From contig JAWKNO010000003.1 of the NCBI GenBank assembly GCA_041391665.1, forward strand, positions 407,987 through 471,986: 64,000 bases of DNA, written 5' to 3'. Positions 9,655 through 19,601 of the stretch are shown piece by piece. The translations under genes and the position numbers were made by a program. The notes under the pieces are model-generated. The model searched no databases and was not told the origin of the DNA. It was given only the letters and a program-made list of their open reading frames with translations. How positions within the stretch are numbered: the stretch's first letter is position 1; every line of letters begins with the position of its first letter. The DNA is from Bacteroidia bacterium. Its GTDB lineage: Bacteria; Bacteroidota; Bacteroidia; J057.

Positions 9655-11628
9655 ATGCGCCCAAAACAAACCAGTAATAACGGCAACTCATTCTTCCGAT
9701 ACACTTACCTTCTGCTTGCAGTAGTAGTACTGTCTGCATGTAAGCCGGAGGGTCTTATTAATAAGGTGAAATACAACGGTGTAAAATATGTCAACACCTG
9801 TGAAACCTTTAATGCTGAGATCAATAAGTTGATCCAGAACAATACCCAGTCCAATATTTTAAAGGTAAGTGAATACGACAACAGCGATTTCACCTACTAT
9901 TATCTCGAACAGGGACAATATGAAATCAAAAAAGATACTTTGTATTTCCGCCTGGCTCAGGACCTGGAATATGCTCAGTATCTCGATAAAGGCGTGGCTG
10001 TCCATGTAAATGCCAGCTATAAGGCGGTAGATCAGATTCAGGATCTGGAAGCCTCAAAAGCCGGAGATCTCGGTACGCTGGTTGTAAGCCGCGAGTATTA
10101 TGTTGCCAACCGGAAACCTTTCTTCCTGTATAAATTTCCGCTCGGAGGAAAAAGCCTGGAAGGCAAACAGCTGATGTTGTCTTTTGCCATTGCCAAATAC
10201 GACAAGACCGGCAATGTCAAACAATATTTCTGTGAAACAGATTCCAAACCCATTGGCACGGCTTTCCCTGCCTGCTGTAGTGCCACGCCATGGCAGGCTG
10301 CTGCCCTGCAATCTTCGGTTTCCATGCCTAAGATCATGGTAAAAGATGAGACTTATCGCTATGAAGGATTTACCGGAACCATTGATGTAATGTTTCAGGA
10401 AAGCTCTTTCAAACTCGCCGATGACACGTCATTCTCCGCGCTGCTTATCCAGGCGTTTGTAGAAAAATACAAAAACTTTGGCTATAAAATCGATGGCGTG
10501 AGCCTCGAAGGATGGGCATCACCCGGTGGTAAGGAGTCTTTCAACATGAAACTTTCGCAAAAGCGGGCCGATGCACTGAAAAAAGCGCTGGAAATCCTCA
10601 ATGGAAATATCTCCTCACTCAATGTAACTGCAGAAGGAAAAGGAGAAGACTGGGAAAGGGTAAGACTTCTCACGCAGGCATCCACGAAACTAACTTCCGA
10701 ACAAAAAGCAGAAGTTCTCGCTATTGCCAATGATGGTTCACTTACCAATGACCAAAAAGAAGCAAAACTCCGGAAAGTTAAGTTCTGGACAACCCTCGTA
10801 GATGATGTTCTGGTAAAAGCCCGGCATACATTCTCAGTCATGGACTTTGGTTATGGAGGTACAGAAAATATTCTCAAACGTTATGAGAAGCCACTTCCGG
10901 TAGCGTCGATGCAACTGGAGGATATTGCCAAGACCGTATTCCGTGTAGGTGGCCATAAAGATGGCAGCGATTTCAGCAAAGATATGGCGGTTATCAATGA
11001 GGTATTGACCAAAGCAGCTACCCCCAACCTTTACGCAATCCGCGCGACTTACTACCTCGCCAACGACGAGTACGAAAAAGCATTTGCTGACCTTGAAAGC
11101 GCCAGCCGCTTCCGCGATGCAAATTCCAATGAATACAGCATGAGCGTGCAGGGCTATAAAGTGTTGTTTGCCGACCAATATGCATTTGACCAGAAAAAAG
11201 AACTGTACAAGGCTTATACAGAGCTCGCCCAGAAAAGCCCTGGCAACCGCCCCATCTACTTTAACCGGGCAGTACTGATGGACAAAATCGGCTATATCAG
11301 TGGTGCCCTGAAAGAATACAAAGATCTGTTGGAAGGAAATACCGCAACTGCTGCAAACCTCAACAACCGCGGGGTAGCACGGATGAAAACCAATATGATC
11401 ACCGAAGCAGAAGCAGATTTTAAAGCTGCCATGCAAATGGATCCCAAAATGTCTGAACCCGTATTCAACCTCGCCATCGTAAGCGCTTATCGCGGACTCA
11501 CCAAAATGACCATGGAATACCTCGATAAAGCAGTAAAAATGGACGCCAAATACAAAACCCTTATATTTAACAACCCTGCATTTTCAGTTATGTCTGAGGA
11601 TCCTAGGTTTGAGAAATACAGGAATTAA
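9655..11628 (+). CDS. lipoprotein with OmpA-like segment and C-terminal TPR repeats
   Basis: Lipobox LSAC after a hydrophobic signal. OmpA-like GWASPGGKESFNMKLSQKRADAL and TPR-like helices in the last ~200 aa. Confidence 0.55.
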   Translation: MRPKQTSNNGNSFFRYTYLLLAVVVLSACKPEGLINKVKYNGVKYVNTCETFNAEINKLIQNNTQSNILKVSEYDNSDFTYYYLEQGQYEIKKDTLYFRLAQDLEYAQYLDKGVAVHVNASYKAVDQIQDLEASKAGDLGTLVVSREYYVANRKPFFLYKFPLGGKSLEGKQLMLSFAIAKYDKTGNVKQYFCETDSKPIGTAFPACCSATPWQAAALQSSVSMPKIMVKDETYRYEGFTGTIDVMFQESSFKLADDTSFSALLIQAFVEKYKNFGYKIDGVSLEGWASPGGKESFNMKLSQKRADALKKALEILNGNISSLNVTAEGKGEDWERVRLLTQASTKLTSEQKAEVLAIANDGSLTNDQKEAKLRKVKFWTTLVDDVLVKARHTFSVMDFGYGGTENILKRYEKPLPVASMQLEDIAKTVFRVGGHKDGSDFSKDMAVINEVLTKAATPNLYAIRATYYLANDEYEKAFADLESASRFRDANSNEYSMSVQGYKVLFADQYAFDQKKELYKAYTELAQKSPGNRPIYFNRAVLMDKIGYISGALKEYKDLLEGNTATAANLNNRGVARMKTNMITEAEADFKAAMQMDPKMSEPVFNLAIVSAYRGLTKMTMEYLDKAVKMDAKYKTLIFNNPAFSVMSEDPRFEKYRN

Positions 11629-11645
11629 GGGAAATGTGATTCTTG

Positions 11646-11677
11646 TTTGTGAAAAAACATAGATTGTACTACATTTG
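11646..11677 (+). promoter_or_regulatory. candidate rpsA promoter (-33 TTTG, -7 TACATTTG)
   Basis: TTTG at 11646-11649 and TAnnTTTG at 11670-11677, 20 nt apart and about 40 nt upstream of the start. Confidence 0.35.
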
Positions 11678-11719
11678 CACCCGTCCGGTAAATCCCGACA
11701 GAAAGGAGAACCTAAATAA

Positions 11720-13867
11720 ATGGTAGACGAAACCAACAAAAAATTTGACAAAGACGAAGAAGTGGTTCCTCAAATGGAGGACGACACAGTAGAGGCTGAT
11801 GATGATTCAGCTTACGACGATGACATTTCCGACGATGATTATGATGGAGATGATGACCTTGACGAGACAGATGATGATGATGATTTTGATGTCTCGGACG
11901 ACGAAAGTTCTACTCCCCTGGTAAAAAAGCTTTACGCTTCAGCCAAAGGAGAGGATGAGGATGATGATGACGATGATTGGTGGAAAGATGGAGGCGATTA
12001 TTCATCCAAACAGCGGGAAGAACTGGAACAATTGTATTCCGGTACGCTGCGTCAGTTTAATGAGAATGAAATTGTTTCCGGTACTGTTGTAAGTATTGGC
12101 GACAAAGAAGTTGTTCTCAATATCGGATTTAAATCCGAAGGTGTAGTTCCCATTTCCGAGTTCAGAAGCCGCGATAATGCGCTGAAAATCGGAGACAAAG
12201 TTGAAGTGTTTATCGAAAGTGTCGAAGACCAGGATGGTCAGTTGATTCTTTCCCGCAAGCGTGCCAAAAATCTGCGCTCATGGGAAATGATTAATGACTC
12301 CATGGACAACGATACCATTATCATGGGCCATGTAATGCGCCGTACCAAAGGTGGATTTGTGGTGGATGTAAATGGTATTGAAGCCTTCCTCCCCGGCTCT
12401 CAGATTGATGTTAAGCCCGTTCGTGATTTTGATGTTTACGTAGGTCGCAGCATGGAGTTTAAGGTTGTAAAAATCAACCATGCTTATGAAAACGTAGTGG
12501 TTTCCCACAAAATTTTGATCGAAGCTAAACTCGAAGAACAGCGGAAAGAAATCCTTGAAAAACTCGAGAAAGGTCAGGTACTCGAAGGTACTGTTAAAAA
12601 TATGACCAACTTCGGGGTGTTCATTGACCTCGGAGGTGTTGATGGTCTTCTGCACATTACTGATATTTCCTGGGGTCGTATCAACCACCCTGAAGAAGTA
12701 TTGGAACTTGACCAGAAAGTCAATGTAGTAGTTCTGGAATTTGATGACGCCAAAAAGCGTATCAGTCTTGGAATGAAACAACTCACTGCTCATCCGTGGG
12801 AGTCTCTGCCTGAAACTCTCGTTGAAGGCTCTGTAGTAAAAGGAAAAATCGTAACCGTTGCCGAATACGGTGTATTCCTCGAAATCCTCCCCGGAGTGGA
12901 AGGGCTGATCCATACCAGCGAAATGTCCTGGTCTCAGCACTCCAAAAATCCAACCGAAATGTTCAGACCTGGTGAAGAACTTGAAGCTGTTGTTCTGAGC
13001 ATTGACCGCGATGATCGTAAAATGTCACTGGGCTTGAAACAACTCCTCAATGACCCATGGGCAGATATCGAAACCCGCTATCCTGTTGGTAGCCAACATA
13101 CCGGCCTGGTTCGCAATATGACCAACTATGGCCTTTTTGTTGAACTTCAGGAAGGTGTTGACGGTTTGGTACATATTTCAGATCTGTCCTGGACCAAAAA
13201 GTTCAGCCACCCTTCTGAATATACCAAAGTGGACGATCAGCTCGAAGTGGTTGTTCTTGACATTGACAAGGAAAACCGCCGCCTGAGCCTCGGCCATAAA
13301 CAACTGACTGAAGATGTATGGGATACTTTCGCAGCCATCTTTACAGTTGGATCCGTACACAGCGGTACGATCAAAAAGATTCAAACCAAAGGTGCTACTG
13401 TTGAACTCGACTACGGTGTTGAAGGAATCGTTCCTCCTAAACATCTTTCCGTAGAAGATGGAAAAGAAGCCCTCAAAGTTGATGATGCAGCAGAATTTGT
13501 GGTAATTGAATTCCACAAAGATGCAAAACGACTGATTCTCTCTCATACCCGTGCCTGGAAAGAAGAAGAAGCGCCTGCAGCCGAGCAACCCAAATCCAAT
13601 GGCAATGCAACCAAAGGCCAGGGCCGTACCAAAGCTACTCCTGCTCAGCAGACAGCGAAAGCCGGTACAACCACCCTTGGAGAGTTGGATGTTCTCGCTA
13701 AGCTGAAAGAGCAGATGGAAGCCGAGGAGCAAAAAGGTACTAAGAAAAAATCTTCCAAGAAAAAGGAAGAAGCTCCTGTGGAAGAAGTTGAAGAGGAAGT
13801 CGATGTAATCATGACTGAAGAACCGGAAATTGATGCTGCTGATTCAGACGACGAAAGCGACGAATAA
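11720..13867 (+). CDS. rpsA: 30S ribosomal protein S1 with acidic N-terminal and charged C-terminal extensions
   Basis: Six S1/OB repeats (e.g. [50 protein letters not shown]). Confidence 0.9.
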   Translation: [715 protein letters not shown]

Positions 13868-13883
13868 GCAATTATCAGTTCAT

Positions 13884-13918
13884 AAAAAAAAACCTTCCCA
13901 ATGGGAAGGTTTTTTTTT
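13884..13918. terminator. bidirectional intrinsic terminator between rpsA and udk
   Basis: A-run, 7-bp stem ccttccc/gggaagg with a 3-nt loop, then a T-run. Confidence 0.8.
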
Positions 13919-14549
13919 ATGCTGGTTTTTTATCTAAAACCTTCGTCAAATGATTTACCACCACCTGCAATGCTTTATACATATGCCGGTTGTTGGGAAT
14001 AATCATATCACACTGCGATTTTAAAGGTGCCACATATCGGTAAAACATGGGGGCCACATATTTCTCGTAATCTCTCAGAATAGACTCCACCGTATATCCG
14101 CGCTCCGTATGATCTCGCTGCAACCTACGGCTCAGCCGTATATGTTCTTCCGCATCTACAAATAATTTCAGGTCAATCAACCGCGCTATTTCCGGTTTGT
14201 GATAAATAAACAATCCCTCCAGAATAATAACCGGTGCAGGTTCAAACCGAAGCAGACGGGGAACCGCTTCCGGATTGTTGAAGGTGTACTCCCAACGGGA
14301 AAACCCTTTTTTCTGAATCAACAACAGAAGCTCCTGATGCAACTCGTCCAGATTTATAGAGTCAGGATGATCGAAGTTGATTAATCCTTCCTCATCCACT
14401 ACCTGATCTTCCTGTTTTTTGTAATAATTGTCCTGGGAGATCAATGTGATCTGTCCCTGGGGAAGCTGCTTCATCAACTGGTTGAGAAGAAACGTTTTTC
14501 CGGAAGCACTTCCACCACAGATTCCTACGATATAGGGTTTTTTATCCAT
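13917..14549 (-). CDS. udk: uridine kinase
   Basis: P-loop GICGGSASGKTF. Length and remainder are typical of Udk. Confidence 0.9.
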   Translation of the reverse strand: MDKKPYIVGICGGSASGKTFLLNQLMKQLPQGQITLISQDNYYKKQEDQVVDEEGLINFDHPDSINLDELHQELLLLIQKKGFSRWEYTFNNPEAVPRLLRFEPAPVIILEGLFIYHKPEIARLIDLKLFVDAEEHIRLSRRLQRDHTERGYTVESILRDYEKYVAPMFYRYVAPLKSQCDMIIPNNRHMYKALQVVVNHLTKVLDKKPA

Positions 14550-14567
14550 TGCGGATGAGTAATCTTG

Positions 14568-15155
14568 TTAGTGTGATTGAAGGATAAACCGGACAAACGA
14601 CCGAACCGCTTTACCCCGATGTGAAATTTTGTTTTTTTCTTCAGCAGTAAGTTCTGCAAATGTTTGTGTATATCCAGCCGGGCGAAAAATCGGATCATAC
14701 CCAAATCCCCCCTGACCATAAGTCTCTTCGGTAATTTCGCCATCGGCAACCCCATCAAAAAAGGAAGGTGCTCCACCATCAAAATAGGCAATTACTGTGC
14801 GGAAGCGCGCTTTCCGGTTTTCTTTCCCAGTCATCTCCGCGAGCATTTTTCTGACATTGTCTTCATAGCTGCACCCCTCCCCTGCATAACGCGCCGAATA
14901 AACGCCAGGACGCCCGTCCAACGCGTCTACCTCAAGACCGGTATCATCTGCGAAGCAGGGGATTCCCGAATGCTCATAAAACGCTTTTGCCTTCAACAGG
15001 GCATTGCCTTCCAGTGTCGGCTCCGTTTCTTCGACATCAATCTCTTTCCCAAGATCTGCCAGACATAACACTTCATAGGAATCGCCGATCATTTGCCGGA
15101 TTTCCTGGAGTTTATTGCGGTTATTTGTACCAAAGAGAAGCTTCTTTTTCTCCAT
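14568..15155 (-). CDS. rdgB: dITP/XTP pyrophosphatase (RdgB/HAM1 family)
   Basis: LLFGTNNRNK N-terminus, GFGYDPIF motif and SHRGKA near the C-terminus. Confidence 0.9.
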   Translation of the reverse strand: MEKKKLLFGTNNRNKLQEIRQMIGDSYEVLCLADLGKEIDVEETEPTLEGNALLKAKAFYEHSGIPCFADDTGLEVDALDGRPGVYSARYAGEGCSYEDNVRKMLAEMTGKENRKARFRTVIAYFDGGAPSFFDGVADGEITEETYGQGGFGYDPIFRPAGYTQTFAELTAEEKNKISHRGKAVRSFVRFILQSH

Positions 15156-15156
15156 A

Positions 15157-15672
15157 TCATTTTTTCGCGAATGCCTGAAGCTGTTGGATCAAGGCCTTCT
15201 TCTTCTCCCCGTCTTCCAGTAAACCTGCCAGTGGCGGATGAATGAAGAGGGTATTATCATTCAAGGTTATTGTCTGGGGAGAAAGGGTCGTACCAAATAC
15301 CCAGGCAAAAGAAACCGGAAGGTCTGAGAAATTCCAGCTTTCTGCAGTTGGATCCAAAATGCCAAATCCTACCTGATCTGTATTGACAGCAGCCTCAATA
15401 ATACATTGTTTCAGGAAACCAGTCAGCGATTTGTCAGTAAATTCTTTCTGCGAAAGGACCAGTACAAGTTGTGAGGTCTGCTTGAGTTTCCAGTCGATTG
15501 CAGAGCCAGATGTTACAATAGAAAAATCCAGAACAGACTGATCATCAGCCGGTTCCGGATAGTTTTCATTTTTTATTTCACTAGCTTGTTCTATTTCGGT
15601 AAGATCATCCTGCGCAACGACAAACAGGTATTGGCCATAGAGGCGGGATATATCTTCCGTCGAAAAATCCAT
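15157..15672 (-). CDS. hypothetical protein
   Basis: Long ORF packed between rdgB and the nuoG-like gene. The ATG at 15672 is preferred over the GTG at 15693, which overlaps the upstream gene. No motif recognised. Confidence 0.5.
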   Translation of the reverse strand: MDFSTEDISRLYGQYLFVVAQDDLTEIEQASEIKNENYPEPADDQSVLDFSIVTSGSAIDWKLKQTSQLVLVLSQKEFTDKSLTGFLKQCIIEAAVNTDQVGFGILDPTAESWNFSDLPVSFAWVFGTTLSPQTITLNDNTLFIHPPLAGLLEDGEKKKALIQQLQAFAKK

Positions 15673-15686
15673 AGAACGACTTGTGT

Positions 15687-17405
15687 TTACCACCTGGGTG
15701 CAAACTCCAACTGAGTAGTTTTGAATGCAGCTTTGGGTGGTTTGTATGATACAGTAATATCTTTCAATATATCAATCTCCGCCTTCATTTTGGGGAAAAT
15801 ATCTTTATGTTCCTGATAGGACATTTCTAAGCCCATTACAGTTGCAACCAGCGTAATTAATCTCCAGCCGGGAAGCACATCAAAGATATTGTCGAGATTG
15901 CGCCAGCGGTCAACGGCGACTGCACCTTTGTCAAGGCGGCTTTTGGGAAGGCGCATCCACATTTCTGGCGTCATCTGGCGGATTTGTTTTGCCAGTGAGC
16001 TTACCTGTGGCATACCTTTTACATTGACAAATGTACCTTCTGCCTCAATGGAGCAAGCTGCAGGAAGCAATACTTCCACAAACTCATGTCCAGGCTGGTG
16101 CTGATGACCATGGGCTACGGTAGGCACACCAGAGATATAGCTGGCCAGATCAGCAAATACATGATCATTTTCCAGCGAGTAAAGGCATTTGATTTCTTTA
16201 GCTTCAAACTTTGCCTTCAGTTCATCCATAGAAAGCGCCTTGAAGCCAAGCAATTCACATGCTGCAGCATTTGGCGTACAATCATCCTGCATCAGCCAGT
16301 TGTCTCCACGTCCGGGAACAATATGGGATACATAGTAAATATCTTTTGCACCGAGGCTGGTGGCGAATTCTTTCAGTGCGTAGTTGCTTTCCATCGAAGC
16401 GAAAGCAGAACCAAGGAAAAATATTTTGCCTTTGTGATCTTGCAGCAACTGTGCAGCGCGTTGAATGCCCGTTTGGAAATCAACCGGAATATCGCCTTTG
16501 ATTTTGGTTCCGGAGACACGCTTTTCATTGTAGTAATCTACATTGAGGCGGTGGTCATCAGGCATCCAGAAACCATTGATATCCTGATTTTCACGTGGAG
16601 TAATGCGCAGTACTTTATTGTCGCGAATCCATACGTGAATATTAGTACCGGTACTATCGTTTACGTCAATTGCGGGGGAATGAGACATTTCCCAAACTCT
16701 GGCTTTAAACCGGTGCTGTTTGCTGGTAAGCGCACCTACCGGACAAATATCTATGACATTCATGGAATAAGGCTCGTCGAAAACTTCGCCGGGAGCAGTA
16801 GCCGGGCGGTTTTTCTCACCTCTTCCTACAATAGACAACTGATTGGAGCCGGAAATTTCTTCAGTGAAACGGGTACAACGGGTACAGTTGATACATCTTT
16901 CTTCATCGAGGACTACCCTTGGGCCCAATTCTACGCGCTTCTGTTTATGACCTTTCTGGTTTTCAAAACGAGAGCCTTCCGGTCCGTATTTGTAGGTCCA
17001 GATTTGCAACGGACATTCACCTGCCTGATCGCAAATCGGGCAATCGAGCGGGTGATTGATCAACATATACTCCAATACACCCTGCTGCGCGGTTTTTACC
17101 ATTTCAGAAGATCGATGGGTTTTGACAAACATCCCATCGGTGAGTGGCGTATTACATGCGGTATTGGGTTTTCTCCCCCAGTTTACCACAGGTTTACCTT
17201 CTTCGTCAAACTGAAACTCACCCGTGGCGCGGTCTCTGGACTGAACACCAACTTCGACCAGACACATCCGGCAGTTGGTCGGGATACTCATTGCAGGATG
17301 GTAACAGAAATAAGGAATTTCAATATCCTGATCCAGGGCAAATTGTAGTAACTTGTGTTGACCTTCAAACGCAATCTCTTTGCCGTCAATCGTAATTTTT
17401 GCCAT
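15687..17405 (-). CDS. NuoG-like 2Fe-2S/4Fe-4S iron-sulfur protein (NADH dehydrogenase subunit G family)
   Basis: MAKITIDGKEI start. 2Fe-2S Cys pattern (CYHP...CRMCLVEV) and HPLDCPICDQAGEC, CINCTRCTRF and CPVGAL cluster motifs. Confidence 0.8.
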   Translation of the reverse strand: MAKITIDGKEIAFEGQHKLLQFALDQDIEIPYFCYHPAMSIPTNCRMCLVEVGVQSRDRATGEFQFDEEGKPVVNWGRKPNTACNTPLTDGMFVKTHRSSEMVKTAQQGVLEYMLINHPLDCPICDQAGECPLQIWTYKYGPEGSRFENQKGHKQKRVELGPRVVLDEERCINCTRCTRFTEEISGSNQLSIVGRGEKNRPATAPGEVFDEPYSMNVIDICPVGALTSKQHRFKARVWEMSHSPAIDVNDSTGTNIHVWIRDNKVLRITPRENQDINGFWMPDDHRLNVDYYNEKRVSGTKIKGDIPVDFQTGIQRAAQLLQDHKGKIFFLGSAFASMESNYALKEFATSLGAKDIYYVSHIVPGRGDNWLMQDDCTPNAAACELLGFKALSMDELKAKFEAKEIKCLYSLENDHVFADLASYISGVPTVAHGHQHQPGHEFVEVLLPAACSIEAEGTFVNVKGMPQVSSLAKQIRQMTPEMWMRLPKSRLDKGAVAVDRWRNLDNIFDVLPGWRLITLVATVMGLEMSYQEHKDIFPKMKAEIDILKDITVSYKPPKAAFKTTQLEFAPRW

Positions 17406-17500
17406 ATTTTGCAGTAACAATAATGGTTTTGCAGGTTCTTTTAAGAGCCGGATAAAGATAGATATAAATTTTAAAAATTCGCTGTTACAATCGAAATTCT

Positions 17501-18349
17501 ATGAAAAAATTGGTTCTTTCCGCGGCACTGACCGGTGCGGTTACCAATCGAAGCCATTGCCCTGCCATTCCATACACACCGGCGGAGATTGGCGCAGAGG
17601 CTCTCCGGGCTGTAGAAGCGGGTGCAAGCATCGTTCATATCCATGCTCGTGAAGACAATGGGATGCCTTCGTGGCGCCCTGAAGTTTTTGCTCAGATTCA
17701 TGAAGAAGTGCGCACCCGCTGCCCGGAAGTCATCATCAACTACTCCACCGGAGCGGTAGGGGTTTCGAGAGAAGACCGAATTCGCCATATCACAGCCCTG
17801 AAACCCGACATGGCCGCTTTCAATATGGGCAGCATGAACTATGGCATATTTTCCAAAAAATCGAAGCAGTTTCACTGGCAAACTGTGTTTGAAAACTCTT
17901 TCGCCGATATGGAATTTTTTGTGCGCGCCATGAAATCGGCTGGTACCATCCCCGAAATGGAGTGTTTTGATACGGGGCATATCCATAATGCGGCGCCGTT
18001 TCGGGAAATGGGGCTGATCGACGAAAGGGCCGTATATAGCCTGGTCATGGGCGTGCTGGGCGGAATTCCGGCGTCAACAGAAAATCTGCTGCACCAGATC
18101 CGGCAGGTGCCCGAAGGCTCACACTGGCAGGTCATCGGCATCAGCCGAAAGCAATGGCAATTGGCTGCTGTTGCCTGTACCATGGGAGGAAGTTTTCGCG
18201 TCGGGCTGGAAGACAATTTTTACCTGCCTTCCGGAGAAATGGCAAAATCCAACGGAGCTTGTGTGGAAGCCGGCGTTTCTCTCGCACGTATGATGGGCAG
18301 GGAAATCGCTACCATCGCTGAAACCCGTGATATGCTGGGGATTACATGA
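17501..18349 (+). CDS. BKACE family enzyme (3-keto-5-aminohexanoate cleavage-like)
   Basis: AALTGAV N-terminus, VHIHARE and NYSTG motifs, length about 280 aa. Confidence 0.75.
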   Translation: MKKLVLSAALTGAVTNRSHCPAIPYTPAEIGAEALRAVEAGASIVHIHAREDNGMPSWRPEVFAQIHEEVRTRCPEVIINYSTGAVGVSREDRIRHITALKPDMAAFNMGSMNYGIFSKKSKQFHWQTVFENSFADMEFFVRAMKSAGTIPEMECFDTGHIHNAAPFREMGLIDERAVYSLVMGVLGGIPASTENLLHQIRQVPEGSHWQVIGISRKQWQLAAVACTMGGSFRVGLEDNFYLPSGEMAKSNGACVEAGVSLARMMGREIATIAETRDMLGIT

Positions 18350-18383
18350 AGCAATCTTTTGTCTTTGATAAATTCTGTTACCA

Positions 18384-19112
18384 ATGGCTTACACTGATAA
18401 TATTTCAAGGCTGTCCCGGCTGACTTCTATTTTACTGAAACTGCAATCCCAATCCTATGTTTCCGTAAACCAGCTTGCTCAACACTTTGAAGTCAGTACA
18501 AGAACCATTTACAGGGATCTACTTTCCCTCGAACATGCGGGGGTACCCATCGTATCCATTGAGGGGAAAGGATATACGCTGATGGATGGATTTAGCCTGC
18601 CTCCGGTCATGTTTACCGAGACGGAAGCCAATGCTATCATCATTGCCGAAAAAATGATCCTGCAAACTACCGATGTCTCCCTCATCGCCGAATTTCAAAA
18701 AGCAACCGAAAAAATAAAGTCCGTTTTACCGCATCCGGAAAGGGAAAAAGCTGATATCCTCGCTGAGCGAATCATTATTGGAAAAAATTGGGCAAACATC
18801 AGGACGAGTGATTATCTGACTGATATTCAACAGGCACTGACGCATTATCATGTACTAAAAATCACGTACAGAAAAGAAAATGCAGAGGAAAATTCAATAC
18901 GGGAAGTTGAGCCTTTTGCCATTTACCACAACCAGTCAGAGCAATGGGTGCTTATCGCCTGGTGCCGGCTAAGAAATGAATTCCGCAATTTCAGGGTTGA
19001 TCGTATTCACAAGCTGGAAAAATTGTCTCAAAAATTCACCCCTCATACCATCACCCTTGATGAATATATTGAAATACAGCGAAAAAAACATTTTGGAGAA
19101 CCACTGACATAG
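18384..19112 (+). CDS. YafY-type transcriptional regulator (HTH + WYL domain)
   Basis: HTH VSVNQLAQHFEVSTRTIYRDLLSLE. WYL-like segment ITYRKEN...VEPFAIYHNQSEQWVLIAWCRLRNEFRNFRVDRI. Confidence 0.8.
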   Translation: MAYTDNISRLSRLTSILLKLQSQSYVSVNQLAQHFEVSTRTIYRDLLSLEHAGVPIVSIEGKGYTLMDGFSLPPVMFTETEANAIIIAEKMILQTTDVSLIAEFQKATEKIKSVLPHPEREKADILAERIIIGKNWANIRTSDYLTDIQQALTHYHVLKITYRKENAEENSIREVEPFAIYHNQSEQWVLIAWCRLRNEFRNFRVDRIHKLEKLSQKFTPHTITLDEYIEIQRKKHFGEPLT

Positions 19113-19155
19113 GGTTGTCACACAACCGATATACATTTGACAAAATTTATCAGTT

Positions 19156-19566
19156 ATGCATTCTACAAATTACTTCAACACGTTTATCGAAATCGCGGAG
19201 GATAGCCCGGTCAAAGAAGGTAACATGCCACCACTGAAAGGTGAAAAAAAATCAGTCGCAAACCTTCAGTTTGATATGCTGTATGAAAACCCTTATCAAT
19301 ACACTTCTGATGATGTATTATTTTCCACCTTCGCACAAAGGAAAGATATACCCCAGGGCGAACTGGAGGAACAAAGGCAACACTTCTTTTCTAAAGGTCA
19401 ACCTTGTTTTCGAGCCTCTCCTCTGACCAAACAATACGGCTGGGGTATTCACAGCGACGAAAACGGAAAAATTGCCATGTATGGTGCAGAAACCACAGAG
19501 TATGAGCAGTTTGTCGCGGATGATTCTGTAAAAAAAGTCAAAGCGATGCGTTCCGGAAGGGCTTAA
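19156..19566 (+). CDS. conserved hypothetical protein
   Basis: Clean 136-aa ORF co-directional with the WYL regulator. No catalytic motif recognised. Confidence 0.5.
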   Translation: MHSTNYFNTFIEIAEDSPVKEGNMPPLKGEKKSVANLQFDMLYENPYQYTSDDVLFSTFAQRKDIPQGELEEQRQHFFSKGQPCFRASPLTKQYGWGIHSDENGKIAMYGAETTEYEQFVADDSVKKVKAMRSGRA

Positions 19567-19601
19567 AACCTGTCATTAGCTGAAATTTGAGCGCATGTCC
19601 C

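Noticed and set aside
16086-17348. 420-aa ORF on the plus strand
   Set aside because: It lies entirely antisense to the NuoG-like gene, whose Fe-S motifs are unambiguous. The antisense translation is low-complexity with no motifs, a typical shadow ORF.
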